Part shown: positions 27,746 to 41,461 of the stretch, in pieces
Layout: each line of letters opens with the position of its first letter
Numbering within the stretch: position 1 is the first letter of the stretch
Source of the DNA: the human T2T-CHM13v2.0 reference genome, Homo sapiens
Direction: 5' to 3' (one strand)
NCBI RefSeq assembly: GCF_009914755.1
Contig: NC_060941.1
DNA length: 64,000 nucleotides
Made by a program: the position numbers and the translations under genes
The notes under the pieces: model-generated
The model's input: only the letters and a program-made list of their open reading frames with translations
The model's database searches: none
What the model was told of the DNA's origin: nothing

Positions 27746-29240
27746 GGAACCTGCATAGCCAAAGCAAGACTAAGCAAAAAGAACAAATTGGGAGGCATCA
27801 CATTACCCAACTTCAAACTATAGTATAAGGCCATAGTCACCAAAACAGCATGGTACTGGTATAAAAGTAGGGACATAGACCAGTGGAATGGAATTGAGAA
27901 CCCAGAAATAAAGCCAAATGCTTACAGCCAACTGATCTTCCACAAAGCAAACAAAAACATCAAGTGGGGAAAGGACACCCTATTCAACGAACGGTGCTGG
28001 GATAATTGGCTAGCCACATGTAGAACAAAAAAGCTGGATCCTCATCTCTCACTTTATACAAAAATCAACTCAAGATGGATCAAAGACTTAAATATAAGAC
28101 TGAAAACATAAAGATTCTAGAAGATAACATCAGAAAAACCCATCTAGACATTGGCTAAGGCAAAGACTTCATGACCAAGAACCCAAAAACAAATGTGACA
28201 AAAACAAAGATAAATAGATGGGACTTAATTAAACTAAAAAGCTTCTGCACAGAAAAAAAAAAAAAAATCAGCAGAGTAAACAGACAAACCACAGAGTGTG
28301 AGAAAATCTTCGCAATCTATACATCCAGAATATACAAGAAATTCAAACAAATCAGCAAGAAAAAAACAAACAACACCATAAAAAAATGGGCTAAGAACAT
28401 GAACAGACAATTCTCAAAAGAAGAGATACAAATGGCCAACAAACATATTTAAAAATGCTCAATATCATTAATTATCAGGGAAATACAAATCAAAACCACA
28501 ATGTGATACCATCTTACTCCTGCAAGAGTGGCCATAACCAAAAAATAAAAAAAAAAAAATAGATGTTGGCATGGATATGGTGAAAAGGGAACAATTTTAC
28601 ACTGCTGGTGAGAATGTAAACTAGTATAACCACTATGGAAACCAGCGTGGAGATTCCTTAAAGAAATAAAAGTAGATCTACTGTTTGATCCTGCAATCCC
28701 ACTACTGTGTATCTACCCAGAGGAAAAGAAGTCATTATATGAAAAAGATACTTGCACACACATGTTTATAGCAGCACAATTCGCAGTTGAAAAAAATATG
28801 GAACCAGCCCAAAAGCCCATCAATCAACGAGTGGATAAAGAAATTGTGGTATATAGATATACCATGGAATACTACTCAGTTATAAAAAGAAATGAAATAA
28901 TGGCATTTACAGCAATGTGGATGGATTTGGAGACCATTACTCTAAGTGAAGTAACTCAGGAATGAATGGAAAACCAAACATCATATGTTCTCACCCATAA
29001 GTGGGAGCTAGGCTATGAGGATGCAAAGGCATAAGAATGATACAATAGACTTCGGGGACTTGGGAGAAAGGATGGGGGGGTGAGGGATAAAAGACTACAC
29101 ATGGGGTACAGCGTACCCTGCTCGGGTGATGGGTGCATCAAAATCTCGGAAATCACCACTGAAGAACTTATTCATGTAACCAAGCACCACTTGTTCTCCC
29201 AAAACCTATTGAAACAAACAAACAAATAAATAAATAAATA
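27746..29240 (+). mobile_element. 5'-truncated L1PB1 (ORF2 C-terminal remnant and 3'UTR)
   Basis: ORF2-like peptides ([27 protein letters not shown]); 3'UTR gctatgaggatgcaaaggcataagaatgatacaa; (TAAA)n tail; TSD about gaaaattgt(c)tttctt. Confidence 0.93.
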
Positions 29241-30456
29241 AGAAAATTGTTTTCTTCTGGTCATCTGCTTCTCATTCTCACTGTCAGTTTCCCAACTAGG
29301 AGAATGGAAGATCCAAGTTCTTCTCCCTGTACCCCCAAAAGGAAATCTTTGTGCATAGCAACTAACATATATAATTATCTGCCTAATCTACAAGAATGTG
29401 AACTACTGAAGAACAGAGGCTGCTTATTCCCTCCATTTTTCTGTTCTTGGCATAGAGTCAGGCACAGAACTGTGGCTCAATAGCTGGCAATTGATTGAAA
29501 CAAAAAAAATAGATGAATAGTACCCCCCCCCCAAAAAAAAAGAAAATGGGTGTGGCATGGAATGATAAAAATGTGGTTGATAATTCCAAGTTTAATAGCC
29601 AAGCAAATGCTAGATTTCTCTCTCTAAAAATTTTCAAGAGGGATTTTAACTCTCTTTCCACAACCAAAATAGAGAGTAGAGTTCTTGCACAGTCAATGCT
29701 AAGAGGGTGTGGCAAACACCATTGAGTAATATAAGAAAAAATGGGAGGATAAGTAGAATATGTTAGCCTACCAGATATTTTAGGATCAGTAATTATAGAA
29801 AGTTCAATAGTGAAGTAGCAAAAAGTAGAGAAATAGAAAGTACATTCTGTTTTGATGCAGGAAAAGACTTAAACAACATTCATTTGCAGTGACATCTATC
29901 TAAAAGATGTTAGTTCTGTGTTGGTGCATAAACTGTTGTGGGGAAATTACTTTATACCTCAAGTAGGTTCAGCCAAGAAAAAGAGAACTCACAACAGATA
30001 TTAGAAGAGTTAAAAAATCAAGGGGAGGAATTTGCAAAAGGTAATCTGCAATTTGCAATTGCTAGAAACCAGCACCATCCCCTGTGGTTGAGGGGGACAC
30101 AGAGAGAAGGTGGTGTATATCTCTCATACACACACACAGATATTATTTTACTTATCTGTATTTTCAAAATTTTCTGTAGTTAACACGTGATAAGAAAATG
30201 TGATAATAATTTTAAAAGACTAAAATTAATTTAGCAACAGAAATGGAAATGGTTTGTCTAGCTAAGGAACTCTTCCTTAAAGCAGTAAGATAGTCAGAAA
30301 ATGTATTTATACATATTTTTAAAGAATTCTTTAGCTTTCTGTTTATTGTGTTCTGGGATGAATATTGACCCTTAGAATAATTTCAATTATGAAAGGAAGA
30401 TTTTTCAACAAGTAACATTTCTGCATGTTTGTCCCAAACCATATATTAAATCTGAT

Positions 30457-30836
30457 TGACATGCTTTGGATTTGTGTCCCCACCCAAATCTCGCATCTGC
30501 TTGTAATCCCCAGTGTTGGAGGAGGGGCCTGGTGGGAGCTGATGTTCATGGGGACGAATTTCCCTCTTGCTGTTCTCTTGATAGTGAGTGAGTTCTCAAG
30601 AGATCTGGTTGTTTAAAAGTGAGTAGCACCTCCCCCATCTTTCTCTTTCTCTTGCTCTGGTCATGTAATGGGCCAGCTTCCCCTTTGCCTTCTGCCATGA
30701 TTGTAAGTTTCCTGAGGCATCCCCAGAAGCAGAAGCCTAGGCAACCTGCAGAAGTGTGAGCCAATTAAACTCTTTTCTTTATAAATTACCCAGTGTCAGG
30801 TATTTCTTTATAGCAGTGTGAGAAGTGACTAATATA
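30457..30836 (+). mobile_element. MSTA MaLR solo LTR
   Basis: tttggatttgtgtccccacccaaatctc...ttgtaatccccagtgttggaggaggggcctggtgggag...ctaatata; 5-bp TSD ctgat/ccgat. Confidence 0.92.
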
Positions 30837-30857
30837 CCGATTATTAGAAGATTCATT

Positions 30858-33135
30858 TCTTTTTGTTCAGGTAAAATTCACATAACATAAAATTAACCAT
30901 TTTAAAGCAAGCAATTCAGAGGTATTTAGTACATTTGCAATGTTGTGCAACCAGCACTTCTTTCTTTCTAGTTCTGAATCATTTTCATCACCCCCAGAAG
31001 AGACCCCCATGTCCATTAAGTAATCACTCCCCATTTTTCCAACCCCCAAACTCCTGGAAACCACTAATATGCTTTCTATCTCTATGATTTTTATCAATTC
31101 TGTATGTTTCATATAAATGGAATCATAAAATATGTGAGACTTTTTGTCTTGCGTCTTTTACTTAACAAAATGTTTTTAAAGTTTATCCACGTTGTGGCAT
31201 GTATCAGCCCTTTTTGTAGTTTTGATAGCTGAATAATCTTCCATTGTGCAGATACACTGCATTTTATCTAGCCGTTCATCTGTTGATGGACATTTGGGTG
31301 GTTTCTACCTTTAAGCCATTGTGAATCATGCTGTTATGAACAATCATATACAAGCATTTGTTTGAATACCTGTTTTCAATTCCTTGGGGTATATACCTAG
31401 GTCATATGGCTACTCTACGTTTAACTGCTTTTGAGGAACTGCCAAGCTTTTCCACAGCAGCTGCAGCATTTTACATTCCCAACAGCAATGTGAGTGGGTT
31501 CCAACTTTCTACTTTCTTATCAATGCTCATTATATATCCTTTTTGTTATATTTTTTACTCATATTTGTTTTTAGTATTTTTTATTTCTTCTAAATAAAAC
31601 AGGATACATGTGCAGAACGTGCAGGTTTGTTACAAAGGTATAACATGGATGAAGCTGGAAGCCATCATCCTCAGCAAACTAACACAGAAACAGAAAACCA
31701 AACACCGTGTGTTCTCACTCATTAGTAGGAGTGGAACATTGAGGACACATGGACACAGAGAGGGGAACAACACACACCAGGGCCTGTTGGGGAATAGGGG
31801 GTGAGGGGAGGGAACTTAGAGGACAGGTCAATAGGTGCAGCAAACCACCATGGCATAGACAACCTAATGTGTGTGAAGTAGTATCTTATTACAGTTTTTA
31901 TTTTTATTTCCTAATGACTAATGCTGTTGAGCATCTTTCATGTGCTTGTTAGCATTTGTCCTCTTTGGAGAAATATCTTTTTGATTCCTTTGCCCAATTT
32001 TCTAATTGGCTTGTTGTTGTTGAGTTTTAGGAATTCTTTATATATTCTGAAAACTAGATTTTACCTGATACATAATTTGCAAATACTTTCTCCCATTCTG
32101 TGAGTTGCCTTTTTACATTCTTGGTAGTGTCTCTGATTCAAAAAATTTTAAATTTGGTGAAGTTCAACTTATCTATTTTTTGTTTCCTTCACTTGTGCTT
32201 TTGGTGTCATATACAAGAATCAACTGCCAAATTAAAGATCAAGAAAATTTACATCTGTTTTATCCTTAGTTTTATAGTTCACTCTTATGTTTAGGACTTT
32301 GATTTATCTAAATTAATTTTTGTATATGGTGTGAGGTAGGTGAAATCCATGGAAAGGGATGTTTGTTCAATTATTTAGGTCTTTCTAAATTTTTTCAGCA
32401 ATGTGTGGTCATTTCCCATGTGTAATTCTTGTATCTCCTTGATTAAATTTATTCTTATGTATTTTATTCTTTTTAATGTTACTGTAAATGGAATTTTTTC
32501 TTAGTTTTCTTTTTGGATTATTTATTAATAGCATATAGAAATACAACTGAATTTTATCCATTAGTATTGTATCCTAAATATTTGCTGAATCCTACAACTT
32601 AGCTGAATTCATTTACTAACTTTAATGGTTTTTAATAATAAATTCTTTAGAATTTTCTGTGTATAAAATTATTTATCTGTGAATACAGATAGTCTCATTT
32701 CATCCTTCTGATTTGAATATCTTTTATTTCCTTTTCTTGCCTAATTTTTCTGGCTAGAATTTTAAATTTTAATTTAGAATGTTAAATAGCACTGGTGAGA
32801 GCAGGCATCCTTGTCTTATTCTTGACCTTAAAAAGCTTTCAGTCTTCCACGATTATAATGGGAAATGTGGGTTTTTCATAAATGTCCTTTATCAAATGGA
32901 GAAAGTTTTCTCCTATTCTCAATCTTTTGAGTGTTTTTTTATCATGAAAAGATGTTGGATTTTGTCAAATGCTTTTTTTTCTGCATTAATTGAGAGGATC
33001 ATTTGTTTTTTCCCTGTATTCTCTTAATGTGATATATTACATTGATTAACTTTCATATGTTGAAGCACCATTACATCCCAGGGATAAATCCCATTTAGTT
33101 GTGATGTGCAATCATTTTAATAGCCACTGGATTTG
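30858..33135 (-). mobile_element. L1MB 3' portion, interrupted by L1PA8
   Basis: gtaaaattcacataacataaaattaaccattttaaag...ttttcatcaccccc...ctgttgatggacatttggg, then antisense ORF2 remnant. Confidence 0.9.
31545..31855 (-). mobile_element. Short L1PA8-like insertion with 5' inversion (minus 31545-31642, plus 31642-31855)
   Basis: antisense 3' end ttatttcttcta...ggatacatgtgcagaacgtgcagg joined to sense 3'UTR acatggatgaagctgg...gagggaacttagaggacaggtcaataggtgcagcaaaccaccatggca. Confidence 0.9.
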
Positions 33136-33364
33136 AAAGGAATAATTCTTAAGTAATTAAATTAACCTAGTACATAATATAGCCACCAGTTAGATTCCTC
33201 ATGGAGGGGACATGTGTTCTAAGGAGAAAGGTTGCAGGAACAGGATTCAAATAAGTTACAGAGAAAGTGTAGAATTTCTTCTTATTGCATTGAAGAAACT
33301 CAGAAAAGACTCTGCAAAGGCCTTGAATTGTCATAAAGAAAGGCCACTAATAAAAGCTTTGACA

Positions 33365-33599
33365 GGCCAGGAGTGGTGGCTCACGCCTGTAATCCCAGCA
33401 CTTTGGGAGGCTGAGGCCAGCCGATCACCTGAGGTCAGGAGTTTGAGACCAGCCTGGCCAACATAGTGAAACGCTGTCTCTATTAAAAATACAAAAATTA
33501 GCCAGGCATGGTGGTGGGTGCCTGTAATCCCATCTACTCTGGAAACTGAAGTAGGAGAATCACTTGAACCTGGGAGCAAAACCCTGTCTCAAAAAAAAA
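33365..33599 (+). mobile_element. AluS with ~56-bp right-arm deletion
   Basis: gaacctgggag joined directly to caaaaccctgtctc; TSD aaaagctttgaca/aaaagctctgaca. Confidence 0.95.
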
Positions 33600-33764
33600 G
33601 CTCTGACACGTGATGAAGCTTCAAAATTCCCAGTGAGCAGCATGGCCTAAGCATCCATGGCATGGATGTCCTGAACGAGGTGTGTGCAACTGATTGTAAT
33701 TAATCTGAAATAAATTGGTAAGTAATTTCTATGTCTATAATTCTCTACACCCTTATGATTCATT

Positions 33765-34100
33765 TGTATTGCTGTTGTCTATTGCTGCCTAACAAACCAC
33801 TCCAAAACTTAATATTAATTAATAGCTAATAATAAGAGTAATTATTTGATTATGTCTGGCAGTTTCCACAGGTCAGAAATTTGGAGAGGGTTTAGCAAAG
33901 CTGTTTCAGTCCAACAGTGGCTGGAAGTGAGGGCTGGAGCAGCAAGGAGCCGGCCAAGCCTCTCTCTCTATTTAGCCTGAGGGCTTCTCTATGTGCTTTT
34001 TCCACATGGACTACCTCGAGCTTCCTTACAGCACAGTGTCCTCAGAAGGATGAGACTCTAGCTCATAGATTTCATCCTCCAGGAGAGTCAGAAACTTGCA
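33765..34100 (-). mobile_element. Old MLT1 (H/I/J-like) LTR fragment
   Basis: ctattgctgcctaacaaaccactccaaaactta...ggtcagaaatttgg...ttccacatggact...gcttccttacagca. Confidence 0.7.
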
Positions 34101-35559
34101 GACATGTTTTCAAACTGCCACAGTTTCCTTGCCTGATTGTTTTAATAATATGGTAGTTAATTGACTGAAACGTTTAATTCCCCGATACTGAATGAAGCAT
34201 GAGCTTTGTTAATTTGGCCTACGGAGCTCAGAGCAAGACAGAACTATTCACTCAGTGCGCAGCAAAATGCCCGAGAGGAAATGCTTAACTTCTCGAGTCC
34301 TGTATTTGCACCAAAGTCTAAAGTGAGAATTTTACAAAATGTCACTACTCCCAATACAGATATATAAGACCTATCTTCCAGAAAACAATGTCCCATTTTT
34401 CTTTATGTGAGGTTTAAGAAAATATCATAAAACATCATAAAATCAAGACCCTACCGTACCTGTGGCTGACACTTATTTGCTATTTTCATTTGAATGAACC
34501 ATTTCTCCTGTTCCACAAAGCACACACAAAACAGCTGGTTAGCCCTGAAATGAACATGACGGTACAAGAATGGTGTTCTATGTGTGTGCTAAGGGAGGTC
34601 TCTCTGGATAAATAAAAGGTTGCTCATTTATTTATGATGCAAAAAATCCATTGTGCATTATTTGGCTCAAAGAATCATCAATTATTTATTCAGAACTCCC
34701 TGTCTCCAAGTACAGCTTTTTGTGTGCATGAGGGCATGTCTGTTTTTATTACTTCAAAACGTGTAATTTTCTTTTTGATTGTAGTAGATGCTCTGTCTCA
34801 AAGCATGTGGCATTGATGTAACCTGTATGTTTGATAAAGGATTTCTAGTTTATTATACCATTTTCATCTGAACCCTCAGTCACCCTGTAGTTAAACTCCC
34901 AGGAATCATGACAGATGGATATAAGGAGTTCATTCATTCACTAGGATGCTCACTCCTTTTCTCCCTCTCCAAACAAAATTACTACATCACTAAACCATTA
35001 ATTATATTCTGGAAGCAAACATCTTCTCAGGCATCATCGACTTCTCCTAACCCTAGGAAGGGCATAGTTAGAGCAATAGCATCCCTCAAATGTATTTTAT
35101 AGCCCTTAAACTCTGACTTTCACTCACATTAATTCTAGATCCATCACATCACACTGCCAGATCAGACATCTGGTTTCTATGGTCTGTGTAGAAAATGAAA
35201 ATAGTTGAAATAGAGATATCCATGGCCTACTGTGTAGGTTCTCCAGGGGACCGTTTCATCCCCCGAAACAGACACAGCTGCCACTCTTCCACAGCATTCA
35301 GATTGTTACCGAGGGAGGGTACTTGGTGTGGGACAGGTATTACTCCTTTTCTAGCAGGTGCTGTGGACTTTACTGATACAGAGTATGTGACGCTCTGCCT
35401 CATTTAAGGATTGAGAGGTTGGCTGGCAAAGACTGGAATCCAACACAGCTTTGCGTGCCACTCACAAAAGACGAGCTCTTGGATTTCTTACCCAGCACCT
35501 TCAGGTGGCAGCCCACTCCTGGACCTCTCTCCTGGTTGGAGGGTCTCCAGGCATGGTAT

Positions 35560-36031
35560 CCGTACAGGTGCAAGGCTCAGATTTCCCTTAGAATGTTCCA
35601 CTGTGGGGAGAGTGATTGACTAATGGCCTCTAGCTGACTCTCCTTTGGATGCACTGGGGCATTCCTGCTGGAGACCATGCTCTTCCCAAGCTGCTTCCTG
35701 CCCATGATGACTGAGCAGTGAAAGGAACTGGAGTCAGGCCAGTTCTGCCCCATGTGGAGCACCTCTAATAGGAAGCCTCTGCTCTGGGGCTCCCCACCAG
35801 AGAGACTTTCTTGGGATTGCCCTGCAGTTCGGGATGCTTTCTACCCAATATTCCTTGCTTCTCCATTTCCTTTTGCAGATATCAGACCTGCATCATAATC
35901 TGAAGGCTCTTCTCACCTTCTTTTGCTCCTTCTCCCCTTTGATTAAAAGATAAACAGTCATGTCCCCTGATGGATCCCTACCACTTCTAATTTCATCTGA
36001 GTGTCTGCTTTTTGGAGAAACTGAGCTGACA
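35560..36031 (+). mobile_element. LTR16-family (ERVL) solo LTR
   Basis: cccatgatgactgagcag...ctgctctggggctcccc...tcagacctgcatc...3' end ttcatctgagtgtctgctttttggagaaactgagctgaca. Confidence 0.7.
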
Positions 36032-39000
36032 TACTTGGTTTATAGGTTCCTTCTTTCTTCTTCCTCCATTCTTCTCATTCTCCTCTAGGTTCCTACCCAC
36101 ACACTATGTTTGCCCACATAGTAGCTTTATTTTCTTTTTCTTTTTGTTTTTGGTGGCAGATCAGACAGAGATCAAGATCCCATTCAATCTGAGCCTAAAT
36201 CATTAACAATCCCAAAACTAGTTGGTTGCCCAGTCTTCATTCTCTGTAGGATACGGTTGGTACCTCATCATCAAGGTGACCTACTCCTGCCTGCACCACT
36301 GATAGGACAGAGGGATCCTTCTAACTAGAACAGTGAAAATCAAGTTGAACTTTACAAAAAATAAGGGAAGCATTTCTACGCCGCTCTATTTGAGTTTTAC
36401 TTAATCATGTTTTCTTCATCATATTACCATCACCAGTGCCTGGCGTAGTACTAACGTAGTTGTAATAATTATTGGATGAAGACTCCACAAAATGTCTTTC
36501 TGCTGTTTTCCCACCCATATGCCTCTTTCCACATCCCCACTATCACCTCCTGATAGCCAGTGGCTTCAGGATGATCTTAACTATTATGCCCAAATCAGAG
36601 CTCTCCCCACCAAAACTTATTCTTGGTTCTCATATAAAATCCATGTTAAAACCGTTATTCCCTTAGTCCCCATTATGATTTCTTCCAGAAATCTGATTAA
36701 ATTCATAAAGAGAGAAAGGAATTTCCATGGAAGTCAGGGTGCTGCCTTTAACTAGCTGTAGATTTTGGATAAGTAAGTCTACTTTTCTTGCCTTCAGTTT
36801 TTCTCATTCGTGTTAACTAGTTTATAGTGACTGCAAGTATTTTTCGGAGAAACGAATTTGGATCAACAATATATGAAGGGTTGAAAATTCTCTACATTTT
36901 CTGGGTTGTATAGCTTTTTAAAAGATGCTTACTAAATCAGATAAATCATTTATATTCAGATGGAAATAAAGAGTGTCAAATAGCATTAAAAATATTCTGG
37001 GAGGATTGGAAAGGGTGATTTTCCTGACGTCAAAGTATATTCACCTCTGTCCCACCATGCTCACTCACACACATCTCTCCGGAGTTACTGTCCTCACCTG
37101 TTCTGGAATAACAGGGCTAGAGTCTCACCGACACACTGGGCAACTTTGCTACATCCCAGATTAGACTGTAACCCTTTTAGTTGTTCATCAAGACATATAA
37201 TGAATGTCCTGACAAGGAAAGACAACAAAACTGAGAAATAACATGTAAAGGATTTGAAATAGATGGCAAAACTTTGGTTATTTATGCTTAACCACTCCAA
37301 AGTTCTAGGAAAAATGATATCTGGCTTAAGCCTTCACATTTTCTTTTTCCATCACTGGGACAAGGTCCTGGAATACACATAACTTGGAAAAATGCAAGAC
37401 ATCTCTTTGATCTAAGCCCCCTCCCCATGTGCTTCAAGTACTGTGATATAATAAGGCTACAGGCAACCTGGAAACACTCTGCAAATGTTTCCCAGTAAAC
37501 AGTAAACATCCCGGTACTGTGATGGGATGTTTCTTCCATCTGAGAGACTGGAGGAAAAATAAAGAGTTTATTTCTTTCCTGTCCAAAGTGTTTGGCAGGA
37601 TCCTAATTTTTCAGGTCTTCTTTAGTTCCAGCATATAGCAATTATATGTCAGAACCCTTCCCCCAAATATCCCCATGGGACCCTTGCAGTCACAGCCCCC
37701 GCAGCTTCATAACAGATGACAGATTGTGGGAAGCTTGTCATATCCATCTGATCAAAACAGTAGGTAAAGAAAGATAATATCTTGAAGTATTAGCCAAAGA
37801 TCTCCCCTCACTTTTCTTCACCCTGTGCCAGTTCTCCTGACCCAGGCAGCTAGAAAATTTCACTCTCACATCTTAGAGCAGGAATATATTTCAGCAGCTA
37901 CGCCAAAAGGAAGAAGCATTGAGTCAGCTTTGGATCCAAATTTGTTTTTGAAACTCCTGGCAGAAACAAAGGCTTGTAGGAAAAGACTTTTAAGTCACAT
38001 GAACTGAACATTATAGTTTCAAGGGCATCCATAGCTCAGCAAATGTTTTCATGAACACTGAAATGAGACAGGAAATGAAGAGTTGAGTTATCTTGCTCAT
38101 GAACTAGATTTTGTAGGCTGGCAGGAGAGCAGAGAATTAAAGAAGAGGACAGAAGTTGGAGGCTGGTGCTCCCTACCCACCTGATCCTGAGATGCGGATA
38201 GCATAACAACCCCAGGGGGGTCAGGAGAAGTAAGCCAGTGCCAACTAGATATTTCTTCCCTGCGGGTCTTGGGGAGGTAAAAAGCTTGCTTCCTAGTGCC
38301 CAGCACAGTATGGGAGCTACAGTAGAAATGGCTGTGACGGATGTCTTCAGCACTCAGAGTCCTTGCAACTTAGGAATGGCACAGGACAGTGGCTGACTAT
38401 TTACCCTGCACCCTTCTCTACTGAAAAAATATGAAAATGCTAAATGAGAGCCAGACTTAGAGAGGCCTTTTAGCTGGGACAAGGATGAAACAACAAGTCA
38501 GATGGTCAAATAACTGAAGAAATCATGGGAATAATTCTCATATGTAATAGCTCATGGGAATAAGAATTGATACCAGCACTGACTGACACAACCTAGGAAC
38601 AGATATTTTACCTCCAATATGCACACACACTCACACACACTCACAAATGTGCACACACACCTTCTTGGGCACCTGGCAAAAAACTTAGGCACCATGCTGT
38701 AAGAATTAGGAGAAGCCTAAGATCCACACATTCAACAACTTGCTTATTAAGTTCTATTCATTATTGCTTCTGGCTCCTGGGGGACACTGCAGTGTACAAG
38801 AAATTTAGTTTCTACCACTCGGGGGCATAGGATTTTCATAGAGAAAATAAGATTAGCTGTAGAAAATAAAGTCACATTTCTTGCTAAGGTGAGTTTGTGG
38901 CCTGGGATTAGAATTCATTCATTTGGGATCTAGAGGTGTGGAAGGAGTCAAGAGAAGCAACGAGAAAGACATTCACATTTTACTCTGTTTTCCCTGTTTT

Positions 39001-40462
39001 GGGGGCTAATTTTTCCCACCTGATGTGCAATATGTTTCCCCTCTCTTAGTTGGGCATCCATAGCCAACTTGCTAGTAGTTCAACCTTAGAGCAAGAAAGA
39101 AGGAAAATTGTGGAGAGCTTGATAGGTGACTTGGAATAAAGGTAGAAGCCATGGGATTAAGTTAGATTTTTCTTAAGCCAAGACTCTTGATCTTGCCACT
39201 TGGCTAAATGCTTGTTTTAGTGTACAGTTTGTATTGGTCTTTCCAGAAGGACCTGTCTTCTGGCCCCAATGCTGCTGTTCTAAATGGCCAGGCTCCAGCT
39301 CCTACACTACTAGCTGCCCCAGTTACTACATCCCTGAGGCTGATGGAGTACCAACAACTCTGTTTTGATGGAAACCACATGTTTGTAATTTGATGTCAGT
39401 GTCAGACAGCAAGGAATGGAGTAGAAGCTATGGCTCCTTGTTCCAAAGAGTATTTGCTTGCCTTAGGCTTATAAAGATCAGTCCCACAGGCTTCCAGGAT
39501 TACTCACTCCTGAACTCTATACGCATATCCTTTTTGCTAAGACTTGCAATTGGTCTTGGTGCTTCCAGACAAAGAGTCAGGGTAGTCATCTCAGAGCTGA
39601 AACAGTTCATGCATCATGTCACCCACCCCAACATTTTACCCTACCGGGAAATTGTTCACCTAGAAGGCATTGAGGATAAATCTGGGCTTTGTTCATTATA
39701 GTTGTGGAAAATATTAGTCGTGAAACCCCAAAGTCACTCCAAGTGCCGGTGGCTGATTATAAACAAAGAGGAGGGCCTGAGATGGGCAGAGCTGAGGGCC
39801 AGGACCACCATCTCAGGCCTGAGCTCAGGAGGGGCATAAAGACTCCTATTGTTTGCACGGAGCCTCTTTGATGCTCACTCAGGAAGCCCCCTTCCCAAAC
39901 AGTCGCCTCTGCCAGTCCTTGGGGACCTGGGGAATACGTTCGCCTGGCCTTTGGTCTGTGTGTTTAGACTCATGCCACACCGAATTTCATCCGGGAGGAA
40001 AAGCTGTTTCAGATGACCATGAATAGCAGCTTTCATCAGCTGTCACTTTCCATTACGGCCAGCATAACATGGAAATGTACTAGAGGCTGTTAGAGCCCTG
40101 GAATGGGAGCAGCCCCTTCTATTCTGAACATTTATTGACTTCCTTTGTCCTTGTGAAAAAGTTAATCGGGCCATTGGCTTTTTTCCTCCTCTTTCCTGGA
40201 TTTATCTGCCTTTTTGGGTCAGAAAATGGGAGTGCCATGAGCCAGAGCTGGGTGGGAAGAAGATGCCTGTCTAGATTATTCCTCGAGCTTCATCTCAGTG
40301 GTCTTTCCCTTGGAGCAATCAACTGTGTGCCTCAGCTTCCTCATGTGGACTTGGCCTCAAAGAAACAGGATACATTTTCTGTATTAGAATAAATGGAATA
40401 ATGCTCCTTTGGGCAGGTGTTCTGTGTTCTATCTGTTGTTAGGAGTTGTGGTGGACTGACTT

Positions 40463-40697
40463 CAGTGGCATTTGGTTAACCAGCTCCCCAAAAACAAAAC
40501 AAAACAAAAAACTAAAACCCCAAAGAACCAGGTCATATTCATAGTGTTTGCCAATTCCCATGGTTTAAATACTCCCACTGTGGTAGTTCTCAGGACCCCA
40601 GCATAATATCACTGAATGTGGAATCCATGAAGTTGGGAAGAGATGCAAACAACTGTCTATACTGAGACCAGTGGGAATCAGCTGTGTCACGCCATTG
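40463..40697 (-). mobile_element. MER63-like hAT MITE
   Basis: gtgtttgccaattcccatggtttaaatactcccac...tcactgaatgtgga...gttgggaagagatgca; cagtgg/ccattg termini. Confidence 0.75.
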
Positions 40698-41103
40698 GCT
40701 CACAGGCTTGTTGGTTGATTTTACAAAGCTGTAATAGGTGTGGTTACAGAACTTCTTATTAACCTGTATTCCTGAAGCCAGCATGGATAGTAAAAAGGTT
40801 TCTGATCCAAGTGATGGAAGGAAGTACAGGGGAGGGGTGTGGCGGTGGGTTGTAGCCTGAGCTAGATGGTATAATGTGCTTTAAGCTCCAGATTAAGACC
40901 AAATAGGTAAGAAGAACCATTCATTGGCCACTCAAGATGTTGAAGCAGGCAATGGGAACAGCGCTCCCTGTCTTGATCCTCAAAATCCTTCTAAAGTGAG
41001 TCCAGATTGTAAGGAAAAGCAGAATGGGGAACCAAATCTTATTTATCCAGCCCTGTTAGAAATCATCAGATTCTATTATGCTGGGCAGGCAAGAGAGGGA
41101 ATC

Positions 41104-41461
41104 TGATCTGGTTTGACTGTGTCCCCACCCAAATCCCATTTTGAATTCTCGCGTGTTGTGTGAGGGACCTGGCGGGAAGTGATTGAATTATTGGGGTGGG
41201 TCTTTCCTGTGCCATTCTCATGATAGTGAATGAGTCTCACAAGATCTGATGGTTTTAAAAATGGGAATGGGAGTCTCCCTGCACAAACTCTCTTTGCCTG
41301 CTGCCATCCATGTGAGATGTGACTTTCTCCTCCTTTCCTACCACCATGATTGTGAGTTTTCCCCAGCCACGGGGAACTGTAAGTCCATTAAACCTCTTTC
41401 TGTTGTAAATTTTCCAGTCTCAGGTGCATCTTTATCAGCAGCGTGAAAATGAACTAATACA
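41104..41461 (+). mobile_element. THE1A MaLR solo LTR
   Basis: tgatctggtttgactgtgtccccacccaaatc...gctgccatccatgtgagatgtgac...gaactaataca; perfect TSD gaatc. Confidence 0.93.

Noticed and set aside
28171-28965. ORFs similar to L1 ORF2p
   Set aside because: Broken fragments of a 5'-truncated L1PB1; not functional CDS.
33652-33668. Palindrome catccatg-g-catggatg
   Set aside because: Chance-level length, and it does not fit the p53 RRRCWWGYYY consensus.
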